Shown one piece after another: positions 1-14,402 of a stretch of DNA of 64,000 nt. The DNA lies in the NCBI RefSeq assembly GCF_009834535.1, contig NC_045707.1:53942001-54006000 (forward strand). Reading direction: 5' to 3'. Under the pieces are notes generated by a model. It made no database searches. It had not been told where the DNA came from and was given only the letters and a program-made list of their open reading frames with translations. The first letter of the stretch is position 1, and each line of letters opens with the position of its first letter. The stretch comes from Camelus ferus (taxonomy: Eukaryota). Position numbers and translations under genes: made by a program.

Positions 1-979
1 ACCCTTTTATTAACTTCGGTATACACATTAACAATATAATGGAAATCTAACAATTCAAAAAGCCTGAGACTTGGCACCAGTTAAATTCATGGTGATTTTA
101 GCACTTATATCAATATAGTCTTTGATCCATGATTAACTAGCTGTGTAAAAATTATCTAACTGTTCAGTCACTGTGGTTAAATCGCCTTTTAAGATCAGAG
201 AGATTTGATTTTGAGGAGAAGGGTTTTTAATTTCTGTATTTTTGCTTGAAAAAATGATTACTTTTGTTGAATTTTGTAATCAATATCAAAATTGTCTGGT
301 TCCATTAACCTACCAATATAGTAGACTAGGGACTAGATTATTGATCTGTTGTATGCAAAATTCATGATCTGTCATCTATAATTGTGAACACACATTCCTT
401 TGGTTCAAAGATTTTTATAATCCTCACTGTTTCATCACCTCTGATAGAAATAGCCTTCAAATAGCCTCATTTCTGTGTGCATCTGTCTTAACATGAGTGT
501 GAGACCATTCAAAGCAGGGTCTTTGTCCACTAGTTAACCCTACCACTAAAAAACAAAACAAAAACTACATAAACTAAAATGCTAAAAGACAAAATTTTGT
601 TGATTATTATGCACCCATTAAAGGTAATTTTTATTACTCAGCTATGGTTTGAATTATAGTCAGCAATTGAACATTTGATTAAAAACTTGCCTTCTGTAAC
701 TTGAGATCTGTTAGCTCCATTTCTAGCTAATCTGTAGTAGCAAAACTACATTCAAAGTATAAACATTTCTTATGCTTATTCTAATTTATAACTTGGAACT
801 AACAGTAGTTATAGTTGAGTATTTATTTATTTTGCATATTCACTATGCAATAGACAGTTTCAATATATGGTATATGTTATATGATATATGACATGGTATA
901 TTACATATATTGTATATTAGCTATAATATAATAATCAGTAATAAATTATATAAATACACTTGTTTGTGATTATATATAT

Positions 980-1130
980 TAAGTTCAGTATTCACAAGCT
1001 ATGCTGGTTGTCCCTGTTTTACAAAATAATACACAAGTTCTTAGAGAGGCTTTGTAGATTGACTAAATTATAAGTGACAGAACAAGGATTTGAACCAACA
1101 TGTGTCCAACTTGAAAGCTCTTATTCTTTA
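980..1130 (-). mobile_element. MIR SINE
   Basis: ccctgttttaca...cttagagagg...aagtgacagaacaaggatttgaacc. Confidence 0.65.
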
Positions 1131-2189
1131 TGATGTATGATTCACAAGTAAGGTTTGCTTCCTTGGTATTTGGGCCCTGTTATCTTCCCTTGGACATTGA
1201 TCTTTCTAGTCACCTACAGGGTGCTTGGGATTCCTGAGAGATATGGCATAGTATTTATTATTAGGTAGAACTTTTGGGACAACAGATTGTTGGAGAAAAA
1301 AGAGAAGTTTTGCTACTTTGATCCTCCCATCAAATGCTCCAGGGCAGCGGTGATATGTAGAACTCCACTTCATCCAAAAAGTGTAGTTATGGAAGGAGGA
1401 TAAATAGCAAAATTATGTACATAGTGACAGATTCTTATGTACGTTTACAAAATTAAGAAAGTATGTGGGGTGAGATATCAAGACATCTGTTCTGAAGCTA
1501 AGTAAAGTAAATGCTAGCAGCTGGACAAAAAGTAAGTCAAATAGTCCCTGACTCTGTTAGAATAACATTTTCAAAGTATCTTCCCTGAAGTGTGTATTTT
1601 TAAGCTGATGATTATTTGACTGACAAACGTTCAGTTTAGTTTTGTGTGCACACCACCTGAGTCACAGGCGAGAGAAATAAAATGTCTACTTCTGTTATTT
1701 TAAACCCCGTAGGAAACCATTTCCACACTGGAGAGAAAGTAATCCATTATTTGCCCAGGAAAAACAATCAGATCATTTTCAAGCAAAATGCAGTTTGCTT
1801 TCCATTTACTGTATCTCAACGTTCTGACTGTAAACACATTAATATAATTCTGACTTTCAAGGAAGAAGCCTCCCGACTATTTATAATAGCCAATAAATAT
1901 ATCTGGTGAGATAGAAAAAAATGAGTAGAATATAAATATCCTCAGAGCACTTATACCAATATTCATTCCATATAAAGTCATTTCCCCTTGGTGACATTTT
2001 ATCATACTTTGTATTTAAAGATAGAATTGATATCATTTACAAGAAAGTTCGCTTCCCTGTTGGATAAAGAAATTAAACAAACATGTCTTTTAAGACTCGC
2101 TAAAGTGAGATTTATTTATACATGTTTTTAAAGACCTTCCAAGGTGACTTTATTCATTCAATTAGCCGTTATTGAGCTGTACTGCACAT

Positions 2190-2375
2190 TTCATCATGGT
2201 TATGAGGCTACGCTCACCCTGAGCTCCACTGCTTATTAGCCCAGGAAACTTGGCCAAATTACTTATGTCTTGGAGCATCCTACATTTCTTCTTATAAAAC
2301 TGAGATAATATATTTACCTCATAGCATTGTTGTGAGAGTTAAATGAGAACATATGGAAAGAACTTAGAATAGTAA
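2190..2375 (+). mobile_element. MIR SINE
   Basis: cttggccaaattactta...tataaaactgagataata..tacctcatag.attgttgtgag.ttaaatgag. Confidence 0.8.
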
Positions 2376-3019
2376 AAGCTATTTCTTACTAAAAGGGCAA
2401 AGGGAAACCTTTCCAGACATTTTAGCTGCCATGTGCCAGCCGTTGTACTAAATGCTAGGCTGCCCGTGTGTATCATAGAGAGGAAGGATGCAGTGTCTGC
2501 CCTCAGGGGTTTGTGGGATAGTGGAGTAGTTCAGAAAACGTATGGAGTGACAAGTACTCTGACAGAGATGCCCAGAAAGTAGCTGAAAGTCTCCATGACT
2601 CTGGATTTGAGAAGAAAGGAGTTAGACATTCAGATCCAAGAACTGCACAGGCTAGTGTTTTTTCCAAAATAGCACAGCATACTGGGAAGAAGTCAATCTT
2701 GGCTCTGTCAGCAACTAAAGGAATATAAATCCTGTAAACTTTCCACATTTTCTGGACTTCATCTAAACTCTAAACTAACTCTAAACTAACATTTTCCATA
2801 GAGTGAGAAGTTTCCATATAGTGACATTCTTTTCCTCTTTGCTCTGAGGTTTGGTCTTGAGGTAATGGCATGACATCTGAAAATGTTTACTATTTAATTG
2901 CATTTTTCTTGAATATATGATTGCTCAATATGTTGGTTGTTTCAACTTACTGTCATGGTAAGCTTTTTATAGTTATATTGGCTGACACTTATTCTGAATT
3001 TCCAAAGCACCTAGGGATA

Positions 3020-3352
3020 TCAGTTCTCAAAATGTAGTTCTCAGAACCCTAAGGGTTCCAGAGACACTTTCAGAGAATCCATAAAGTCAAAGCTATCTTT
3101 TAACACTATTAAGACACCTTGTCTTTTTCATTGTATTGACATGTGCACTGATAATACAAAAGCAATGCTAGGATGGTAGCTTACCCTGAATCAAGACAGT
3201 GGCCTGAAACTGTACTGGTAGCCATTGCATTCTTCACTGCCAGGCACCAACAGGGTGGCCGGTGTCCTTTAAAAATATTCTTGATTGAAGCATAATAATT
3301 ATTCATTGTATTAGATTTTACCCTTGGTGTCTTTTTAATATTTTGTGTGATG
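3020..3352 (+). mobile_element. hAT-Charlie DNA transposon fragment with transposase remnant
   Basis: Terminus cagttctcaaaatgtag. The internal part translates as CTDNTKAMLG and NCTGSHCILHCQA, resembling the hAT CTDG..AM and CxxH motifs. Confidence 0.82.
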
Positions 3353-3479
3353 ATTAAAAAAAAAAGGTATATGTATAGAATATGTCATGTGTTCACTGTT
3401 GATAGGCTTTAAGGAGAAAGCTAGAACAGGAAAGGCTGCAGTGAGTGCCTGAAGGCAAGAGAGGACCAGAATGTGTCTC

Positions 3480-4790
3480 TGGGCTGCTGGACAAGGTGTC
3501 ACTGAGAAGATAGCCGCTGAGCACAGACCTGAAGGAGGTGAGTGAGCCCCACGTATATACTTGTTTCATGTGAGAAAACAAGTATAGGTGTCTGCTGTGG
3601 GAGAACGTCTGAAATGTTCAAGGAACAGCCAAGGGAGTCCGTGTAGGGGGAGGAGAGGGAACCAGGTGAAAGGTCATAGGAGAAGAGGTCAAAGAAGACA
3701 AGCAGGGCCTGTAAACCTTATAGGAACTTAGACTTTTACTCTTAATGAATTGGGATGCCAATGGAAGAATTTCAGCAGAGGATCTAACTGCTTTTTTTAA
3801 AGGACAACTCCAATTCCTGTGTGGAAAACAGACTACAGTGGTAAGAGCAGAAGTATGAAAGCAGTCAGGAAACTTCCACGATCCAGCTGGATCAGGGTGG
3901 AGGCAGGAGGGTCACGGAGAGTGGTGAATTCATGGCTATATTTGGAGGCAAACAAGACATCCTGGGCTGTGTGCATCAACAAGGTACAGAATAGGACAAC
4001 TGGAATGAGACAACATATGGGTAGAGCAAATTGACGGTGGAGCACGGAACGAGGGGTGGGATGGAGGGGAAATGTGGGGGATTGGAATGGGAACGGTACA
4101 GGGGGAAAAAGGACAAGGAACTTGGTTTTGAACCCGTTAAGTTTGAAATGCCTGTTAGACATTCAAGTGCAGATGCAGAGCAAGCAATTGAATGCGTATG
4201 TTTGTAGTTTGGGGGAGAGGTATGGGTTGGAAATAAAATTTGGGAATAATCTGTATATAGATGTTAGGAGGCTATGAGACTAAATGAGACCACATAGGGA
4301 GTCAACGTAAATAGAAAACTATAAATATAAGGAGAAGAGATATAAGAACTGAGTCCTGGGGTGCTCCACTGCTTAAAGGTTGGAGGAACCAGAAAAATAG
4401 ACTAAAATAGAGCTTCCTGAAAGTCAATTAGAAAACCAAGTAAGAATGGTGCCCTGAAAGAAAAAGTGAAAAAATAAAGTGTTTTAAGTATTAAAAATCA
4501 CTGATGAGTCAAAAAAGTATGATGACTTAATCCCTGGATTGACCAATACAAAGATCAATGGCGATGCTGGTTATTGGCTCAAGAAGAAATGGAAGAAGAT
4601 AAATTGGGGATAATGCGTGCAGAAAAATGCTTTATTGGACTTCCGTGAAGACCAGTGGGAAAGTGGGGCAGCATTTCCAAAGAGAAATGGGAGTAATGTG
4701 AGGGTTTTTGTTTTTGTTTTTGTTTTTGTTTCTGTTTTTGAGAGGAGATATAATAACATGTTTTTAGCTGATGTAAAAGATCAAGAAGGG
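3480..4790 (-). mobile_element. L2 LINE fragment
   Basis: ttggttttgaac.cgttaagtttgaaatgcctgttagacattcaagt; agacctgaaggaggtgagtgagcc. Purine-rich antisense L2. Confidence 0.88.
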
Positions 4791-4929
4791 AAGGGAAATC
4801 TGCTTTGCAAGGGATTGGTCATAATGATTCACTGTGGAATTTAAACCTAATAAAAAAGAGATGAGGACGTGAGAATGTATAAAACTTGCTCCATACCTCA
4901 GCCTAGGATGCCAGGTAAGGGCAAGGGTA

Positions 4930-5115
4930 CAGGAGTCAGCCGAGCATACCTGGCTTGGAATTCCAGTTCTGCACCTACAAGCAATGGGACTTAGGCAAGT
5001 TATTGACTTCTCTGTATCTCACTTTTCTCACCTCTCAAATGATAATAATAATTGAACCATCCTCAGATAGTTGGTGTGAGAACGAATTTAGTTAATGTTT
5101 GCAAAGGACTTAGAA
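4930..5115 (+). mobile_element. MIR SINE
   Basis: cttaggcaagttattgacttctctgtatctcacttttctcacct..aaatgataata. Confidence 0.82.
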
Positions 5116-5982
5116 GAGCAAGTGTAATATCATGTTTGTTAATACACATATGTACACATATATATTCACACATGTATATACATCTCACATGCACAAATAA
5201 ATAAATCCATTCCTAGTGATATTCTTCTTACCTGAGCTCTTTTTGTTCCTTTAGTCCAAATAACACTACTAACCATTTGCTAATTGTCTCCTACACCAGG
5301 AACACTTCTGTAACAAGAATGTAAACTAGGTTCCTGAACTAGAAAGTACAGTTAGAACACAGCCCTGGTTCAGACCTGCTGCATGTACAGTTTTATTGTA
5401 ACTCAAACTCCTCAGCTTTAAAAAGAGTAAAAATAAATTTGTTGCCTAGTGTTTTTTGAGTAGTAAGTGAATAAGACATATAAGCCACTTTGGCCAGGGC
5501 ATGTAACCTGGTATACAGTTAATTAAGGATGGCTATTAGTATTGTTATGGTACCCTTAGATTTTGGCACCTTGGCTGATACAGATATACTGTGGGAAAGA
5601 ATGAAATCCAGAGATTAAACTTCTTTCTTTTGCCAGCCTCTCCCATTCTTATCTATATTTCACGTTGAAAGAAAAAACTTAAAAAAAAAAATGACATTCA
5701 CCAGAGAATGAAAGGATTTGCATCATAATGGGAACGACAGACTGCTTAGTCCAAAAATGATCGTTATCAGTGATGAATGCTATAACATTTCTGGTTCTGG
5801 CAAGTAGAATGGAATGCAGTCAGAAACAGTTATTAATAACAAAACTGTATTCCATGTTTAGCAGTTTTTGCATGTTTGGGGCAGTTCATATTTGTTGAAC
5901 CCAAACATCTGTAAATGACCTAGTAAATGCATTTGCGTGGGAAGGATGAAGTACAGAGGAGAATAAACACAAAGACCTAAAT

Positions 5983-6313
5983 TTTATGCTGAATGTTCGC
6001 ATGTTGAAGTCCTAATCTCCAGTATAATGGTATTGGGAAGTGTGAAATGATTAGGTCATGATGGCGAGCCCTCATGAATGGTATCGGTGCCCCGATAAAA
6101 GAGACCCTAAAGAATTCCCTTCCCCCTTCCACCATGTGAGGACGCAGGAGAAGGCCATCTGGGACCAGAAAGTTGGCTCTTCCCAGACGGTGAACCTGCC
6201 AGCCCCTTGATCTTGGACTTGCCAGCGTCCACAAATATGAGAAATAAAGCCTGGTTGTTTAAGCCACCCAGTCTGTGGTGTTTTTGTTAGAGTAGCCCAA
6301 ATGGACTTAGATA
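5983..6313 (+). mobile_element. MaLR LTR (MLT1A-like)
   Basis: gattaggtcatga.ggcgagccctcatgaatgg; ccatgtgaggac; ccttgatcttggactt; gagaaataaa...tttaagccacccagtctgtggt. Confidence 0.9.
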
Positions 6314-7419
6314 GTAAGGCACCTACAGAGATTACCGAGTAGCAGAAAATAAGTGGTCAGTGAAGAGTCAATTTAACAATGTTTCTGGGAGAAAATACTG
6401 CTAGACTAAGTGTCGTCATAGCCAAAACTACATGGGCCAGTTGGGCAGTGTCCTCAGGATACCCTGGTTGTTCAACATGCAAGCTTCCATATTGGGACTT
6501 TTTCAATATCTGACTGATTTGGGGCTGGATTGCTAGTTTGGAGGAGAATTCCTGAATTGGCAAGGTTATACATAATTAAGTAAAAATGAACTCTTAGGTA
6601 AAGAGGAAACCAAGAACTAACAGTTTTTATCCAGATGTCATCTGGAAAGCATCTTCAAGGATTTTTCAGAACTGAAATTGTTTTCTTGTTTACATGATTC
6701 TGAAACAAACTGGAGTGACAGAAGGAGAATTTAGAATGAAAAAATGGGCAATGTTCTTTGTTTACTGAAGAGAGATATAAGTCAAAAACAATCCTGCAAT
6801 TCCTCACTACTGTAAACATCATGTGGAAGCATTCCCACAATGAAGAAATTATAGTTCAGTATAATTAAAAACAATTTGCACTAAGTAGTAAACAAACAAC
6901 AAAAAAAGAGACAGCAACTCGGAGTGGGATTATTATAAACTGCAGTTGAATTTTATCTGATAGAAGGTAATGGGTATCTGCATTTGACAAACTTGTTTTT
7001 TTTATCTGTGTGGTGTTAGACAAATATGTAGTCTTAAGAACACCATTTTGTGCATATTGACTATATAATAGATATAAATAATTCTAACATATTTGCCTTA
7101 CAGTGTTGTTGTAAAGATTATAAATCACTGTAAATGGTCTAGCATAATATTTGGCACATAGGAGTCTCCATGGATATTTGCTGTTTTTGTGGAGCAACAT
7201 TTTAACAAAATTCATATATAACAGGGGAATCCAAAGTAAGTGGGAACCAACTGTCTCCAACAAGGAAAATTAAATTGGAGCAGTATTATTTTTCTTCTCA
7301 GCTCCTGATAATTAGAGGCTGGTTGTATGGCTCAGGTATAACTAAATGGATGCCCCTGTCCCGTATATGAATTTTGAAAGAGGGAAGCAAAGGTGTAAGT
7401 CAGAAATATTTGCAGAGCA

Positions 7420-7612
7420 CAGTGGTTCTCAACTGGGGCCATTCTATAGCGTCTGGAGAAATTTTTGATGTCAAGAGTCAGGAAGTGCCCCTGGCATCTA
7501 TCTAATGGGCAGAAGCCAGAGAAGCTGCTAAGTATAACACAATTTACCAGAAGGCCCCACAAACCAAAGTCTGGCTCAAAATGTCAGTAAGTCCTGAGGT
7601 TGAGCAGCTCTG
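7420..7612 (+). mobile_element. MER20 (hAT-Charlie non-autonomous DNA transposon)
   Basis: CAGTGGTTCTCAAC...ctggcatcta...gctgctaa...caaaatgtca.ta.t..tgaggttgag...CTG matches the recalled MER20 consensus end to end. Confidence 0.9.
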
Positions 7613-10600
7613 GAATAGCCCTGGTGGCAGAGTGGACAATGCAGCATCACAGAAGCGGGAGTCAGGAGGTGGCAGGGAATGCCTAGTGGTCTGGCCAGTC
7701 TGCGTTGTCCTGAGAAAATGGCTTCTGTGACAGCCTTTTGGCATCTTGAATGTACTTTATCTCCTGGACCATCTGCTTGACCTCCACACCTTCGTTTTTT
7801 ATTTAATTTTGTAAGCTACATGACACACTCTTCCAAAACCCTCTTAAAGCTTAAGTTAATTAATTTTCATATTAGCCATCCAGAAAACCTGATTAGTAGC
7901 GACAGTCTGTCAATAGCATTTAGCAGTATTATTATTAGCATGAGTAATATTATTATTAATAATAAAGTCATTAGAAGGAGGGAGGATGTAAGCTATTTTT
8001 TAAACAATATCAATAAGTACTTAATAATTGGCTAGGGAGTGTACACATGATGTTGACTTTATTCCCTAAAGCCACTTTGTGAAATAAGCATTAATGTCTC
8101 TATTTAAAAAGTGATGACACTGAGTCAACTCAAAGTTATCCAGCTAATATGTATCAGACCCAAGTTACAAATCCAGATCTTTTCCATTCTAAAGCAGTTC
8201 TTCATTTAACCATTTGATTTCTCTCTCTTTCTCTCTTGTCTCACACACACACACACAATAAAATTACATCACACTCTCTGCATAAATCACCAGTAGCTTT
8301 CCAGGTGTCAGATACAGTCAATTTGACAATTCCTCTTTTTGTTTGGTCTCCACTTAGCCCTTCTCTCTCTAAGTCAGCAGGCTCTTCTAACTCTGTCTTC
8401 TAACTCTTGAAATCTGGTGTTTGTGCAGTCCTTGTCTTTGTCCCTTCTCTTTTCATGCCACACACTCTCTGGATAATCTCATCTACACTCTGCCATTGTC
8501 ATGTCATGATGTTTTAAAAGTTTAATTTACATTAATGCTCATTATTTAATCAAGAGTGATACAGAAATAATTCAAATATCACAGTTAAATATGAAAACCT
8601 TCAGCTCTCCGTCTGGCTACTAATCAGGTAATTTAAAGAAGAATTACACCAACTATTAGAAACAAAAGTATCTGAAATAATACTTAGCCTCTAGGGCTCT
8701 ACCTTATAAATTGAAACGATATCATTCACTTCCTCCAAGGCTGGCCTTAGAGTTTGCTATAAAATGTTCAGGGCACCTCCAGAATAGAACAGCACAATAT
8801 GAGACCATTCAAATTAAATCATTCCAGGCTCCGTTTCACAGGTGGAGAGTATGGTTTTCCTCCCTTGCCTGCATTCTTTCTTCCTGCCTTGAGACAAAAA
8901 CTGATTATTATTACAGAAGGATGGAAAACCAGAAAGCCTTCCCAAGTTGTCAGAGAATTCTGTTCTCTTGTGCTGTGACTACAGCTGCACAGTGAGAATT
9001 ACACACAAAGGATTAGTAAACCTGTAGAAAACTAGATATTCTTTCTATTTGCTGGTCTGCAGCGTTTCTCAGAGAGTAGGTCACAGTAGGGTAGCAAAAT
9101 TCTCTCTCCATACTATGATTAGCAACAGTTACTCCATGGTAAAGAAGAGCAAGGCTTCTAAAGTTTAAGTATATGCATTGCCATTTTCCTGAAAGCAAGC
9201 TGTACAGCACCAGCACAGCTAGGTCAGAAGGGGTCCCTGGTCTCAATCACACAGTTTTCTAGGAACTGGTTTTAAGATCAGGTCACTAACCCATATTTTC
9301 CCATCCTTTGAGTAAATTCCCTTTCATGAGTACCTGGTGTCCATATCTGCAAGCTGACCCTGGTCAAGCTTTCTCGTTTCATCAAAGATATTTCAACAAT
9401 GTTGAGCTTCAAAAAAAGAAAAAGAGGTCAGGCTCTACGTTGCTTTGCTTTAAATAATTGGGATCTGTTCAAATTAATTCTGATACACCCATTACCAGAA
9501 ACAGAGGTGGCTGGCAGTTTTTGAGTCAGTTTATCTCACTTGGAAATCTACCATGATACAAAATATCAGTTCTGCTTAGGGTTTAATAAATAATAGTGGA
9601 TAGAATTATGATCTTTGATATTTTCCATGAGCTTTGATTGTATGAAAGAGATGTCTGTGAATACTATGGTAAAAAAATAAACTCCTATCTTCATAAATAT
9701 TTAAATTCATTTTCACCAAATTATTAAAAATAGGTTGAAATATACTATTTTACATGGATTTCATCTGGGTTCTTGTACTATTTAGGGATAAAAAATGACA
9801 TTTGTGTTTAATATCTAGGGTGCCACATGTTGTAAAAATATGTCATGTTGTAACATTTATAATTTTATACTTTATCTGAATACAAATTGGGGTTTTTAGA
9901 TTCACCTGGCATTGTGAGATACAGGACCAGACATAATCACTATATGAACATTTCCTATATGCTCACTACTATAATTATAAATGTACAACTTTTTCCCCCT
10001 TATAGAATTACACAAAATACACTTAATCAGAATTCTTTTTTTTATAGAGCATAAACATATAGCATGGCTACAAATGGTGAATTCATCTGTGTGTGAAGTC
10101 ACATTTTTTATGTATTACAATTATATCTTAATATATCTGATGTATAAGACACTTAAAATTTCATGTATCTTATTATTTTGACCTTGCCTTTATCACACTT
10201 CTTTTTTCATAGTTGACTTTGTAGTGGTCATAGGCTTTTTTTTTTTTTTTTGATCTGGATAAAGGGAAATTGAGTTGAACTGACAGCTAATTGGGTTTAG
10301 GAGGATAATATTATTTAATTTATAGTCATTTTGTGTATAATTAAGATATTGCAAGTCACAGTCAGAATGGCCTTCAGAAAGACTTCATCACTCACCACAC
10401 TGACTTACCAGGTGCAACACTGACTCATAAGGGTGGATGCCAGAGGTGATAATCCAGTATGACTATGTGCTGCATCTCCCAGCACCAGATGCATGTAGGT
10501 GGTAGAAGAGAAACAAAGTTTGAGACGCACAGAACCAGAACTAGTCTGTGGACAATTCTCCTAGTCATTCCAAGTGCAAAATATTAAGCAGCAGATTTTA

Positions 10601-11849
10601 GTACCTTCACTGCCTAGCAAAAATGGAAGTCCTCTTTTGTCCAGGAATATAACCATTTTAGCAGCAAATTGTAAGTGCATTTTCTCTTACAAATTGGAAA
10701 TTATCAGAATTGTTGTGTTTGTAGGGTAGGTACAGACTGACAGCAGCACTGCGCATCCTGCCTACCTCTGTATGTGAAGTCTCATGATTTACGTATAGGG
10801 ACCATGTCTTAGCATTTCCAGCACCTTTTGTCTTGATAAAGTCTAGCAGTTCTGGATAAAATGATGTGTAAAATTGACACCATTGCAGCAAACCCTGAAG
10901 AAACAAGTGTTCCCGTGATAAGACTCCTATGCATGTGTCAATAATTCAAAGTATGTAGTCTAAGAGTAATTTGTTTACAGAATTGAGCAACTCTGTACAA
11001 CAGAGACAATTTAAACATGCATTTGAAGTGCTCTTGGGTAGGCCTTAATTTCAGATTAATATTTTACATTTTTTTCAGAATTATTAATCTTGCCAAAATT
11101 TAAGTATGCCAGAAAGAAAGTATTCTAGTGAAAGTCAGACATGTACACTGACGTTAAAAAAAGGACCAGGGACCAAGTCAAAACTGTTTTTACTATATCA
11201 TAGTGCAACTTACAACCTCAGACAGTTAAAATTACAATTTTTTCTACATTCTAAATCATAAAAAAATAAAATTTGATTTAATAACTAGAAGAAACACTAA
11301 ATTGTCTTGAGATTCACACTATAGAAAAAGATGGTTCAAAATTGTGGTTATATGAAGAGATAATAGAAGACTACGCTAGAAAAAGAAAAAAGCAAACTAT
11401 ATACAGATGAATATTCCATAATATTATGTAATAATATACAATACTACCAAAATATACTGCATTATTTTTCTATTTAAAAAATTTAATACTTCTGCATGTG
11501 CATGAATTAGTGTAGGCTCCTGAGAATAGAATAATCATTATTATTAATACAATTTCTACCTATGGCCTAAACAACAAAGGCCAGGTATGTGATCTGATTA
11601 TTATGCTACAGTTAAAACAAGGACATTCAGTTAGTGGCATAAGTATCATATTCTCCACCAAGGTCTCATTTACTTTTTCTTCGTCAATCAAATTCTCCAC
11701 AGATTCTGAGTAGTACTGTTTAATAGGTGTAGCTTAATAATTCCAGTATAGTTTTCAGAAATGTCTTGCTTGATTCTTGCATTACCAAGGACCTACATTT
11801 ATAGTGGGCTGAACGATGGCCCCCAGCTCCTGTCTTCCAATTGCTTAAT

Positions 11850-12685
11850 CCAAAATCCTTGGCCAAATCCTTTCCCCATCTCTTTTTCTCATCCCTTTAT
11901 CTGGTCCATCTGCAAGTCCTACCAACTCTACCTTCAAAATATATTCAGAATCTAGCCATTTCTCACCACCCCATTGCTGTCTTCCTGGTCTAATCCACCA
12001 CCAACCCTCACCTGGATTAGTCCAGTGGCTTCCTCATGGATGAGCCCTTTTCTACCTCTGTCCTCCTTTCTTCCCATCAGTCTGTTGTCACTACAACAGC
12101 CAGAGTAATTCTGTTGAAAGTAAGTCAGATCATGCCGCTTTTATGTTCAAATGTTTCCAAAGCTTTTCCCTCTTATTTTGAATAAACACCTAAATCCTGC
12201 CACGATTTACAAAGCCCTGTGTGATCCAACCCTGCCAACTCCGTCTGTCTCTGATCTCATCTTCCTCTGTTCCCACCTCCTTTACTCTTCTCCAGTCCTG
12301 CTGACATCCAAGGGAACACCTCTTTCTTGCCTCAGAGATTTATTTTTTTGCCAGAAATTCTCTTTCCCTTATACTTGCTTGGATCCTTTATTACCATCAG
12401 GACCTTACGCTTGAATCCACTTTCTCAGTGAGCTCTTCTCGGGGAACATCTACATTTTCAGCTCCCCGATACCTCTCACCCACCTTCCTTGTTTTACTAT
12501 TCCCTGGACTGCTTGTCAGTATCAGATGTAGTGTACTTTGTGCTTATTACTATTATCTGCCTGCCTAGAACGTGAGCTTCATAAAAGCAGGGGTTTCCAG
12601 CTTTTCGTAACTGTATCAGCAGTATCCATAAAAGTGCCCTGCATGAGGCCACTGCACAATAGATACTTAATTTCTTATTAATGGA
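11850..12685 (+). mobile_element. L2 LINE 3' fragment
   Basis: ctctaccttcaaaatatattcagaatc..ccatttctcacc; ctagaacgtgagcttcat.a.agcaggg; terminal aatggaa. Confidence 0.88.
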
Positions 12686-13889
12686 AACTCAACTTCTCTG
12701 AGTGAGTTTTAGAAAGCGGTCTGCCTATGGGATCTTTGTTGTGTCTTACAAACCCACTTTGTGACATGCGTTACCATTGCTGCTGTCTCTGGTCTTGGCT
12801 TCCTATCCTTGTACAGAATTACTGCAGCAGCAGCCTCTAAAGTGTCTCCTGCTTCCTGTTTTGCTGCTTTTCACCATGTAGCCAGTGTGCTCTTTCCCAA
12901 AAGAAAATCTGGTCATGTCCATCCATACTCGGTCCTTTTAATCCTATGTTCTCACTGTAAGGTCACTAGGTTCCTCTCCCTTTCAAGGAGAAATTGAAAA
13001 GCTATATATGAGAATAACGTATATAGGATGGGATGAACTTAGACCTACATAAACTGACTGAAGAAGAATTATTTACAACTTTTGATACAGTAGTTCTTGT
13101 TAGTACAAAGCATTTATGACACACATCACAATTCATGGCAAGTTACAAATGTGTAGAGAAAATGACATTGGGAACTGAAGTTTTAGTAAATCAAAGGGAA
13201 GAAACTGTTTTCTATTGCTTTTCTTGTCGTGGCATTGAATAACTTGAATCATTTCTGTTTTCCATGCATGATGTTTTGACCCACTGTGGGAGTTTGGGGT
13301 GTAACCTGTGGTCTTGGATCAACTTAAAAGTAATTAACTTTTGTAAATGCCTGCAATGTTAATTTTATTTCATTTGGAAATACCTGCATGCTAAGCAACA
13401 CAGGTGATGCATTTTTTTGACTGATTATGTGGTTTATACCTAATCCCTTCTCAATTTGTCAAACTAAAAATGTAATGTATGGGACTGCTACATCATCTTT
13501 CAATTTTATATAGTACAGATCCCAGAGCTAGAACCTAAGCTGTGTCTATACCGAGTATTTAAGTGGTTCTGGATAGGTATCAGTAGCCATGGGTAGTTTC
13601 ATTGGCAGGGATTTTGTTTGCTTGTGAACATTGTGAGATAGGTAAAAAATGGAAAGAAAGAGTGCTTTGAGACTTGAATGACAGACAGGGCAAAGATCTC
13701 GATAGAAATATCTTGGTAATAATACAAGATGCCTATTTTGCCAATAAATTCCAGAGTTGGAAATGCTCATTTTCCTCATGTCAGTATAGAGAATATAGCA
13801 TAAGGAAGGGATGTCTCCATTAGTGTAGGTAGAAAAGGAAAATAAAGCAATAAAGACAAGAGAGTGTGTACTGGGCAAATATTTACCTG

Positions 13890-14402
13890 TTGATCATTTC
13901 TTCCTTATTCTGGAAAGAATTCTCCCCTTTTTGTTGGGGATAGCTTCTCTTTTCCATCCTCAGGTAGTTTGGGGGTCTTTCCATCATGAAAACCCAATCC
14001 ATTATCCACAGGAATGAACCCAGACTCCAGTCAGGCCAATCAGCCCCAAGAATATTTCTAATTAGAATTAAAGAAAAAAGGGGCATTTACTTTCTAAATG
14101 TGAAATAAATGAAATTCCTAGTGGTGCCAGGTACAAGCCTCTGATATCTTAAAGGAATTAGCTTTGTTAGGATAAAGGAGACCTACAGAGAAAGAAAAGA
14201 ATAAGAAAAAAGGAGAAAATGTGTGGAAGAGAAGGACTGGATGATGGTGGCAGTAGAGTTCTCTAATTGTTTTAGTTTTAGCACCATCTTTGGCTTTCTT
14301 GTAGCTTTGGGTTTTCTTAATCAGTCTGGTGAACCTTCTTTTTTCCAAGCTGATTTTAGTTGAGTTTCTGATGCTTTTGCCAGTAGAGTTCTAACCAATA
14401 TA
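13890..14402 (+). mobile_element. Old MaLR LTR (MLT1J/K-like)
   Basis: caggccaatcag motif and a 3' end ...gagtttctg...agagttctaaccaata. Highly degenerate. Confidence 0.6.
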
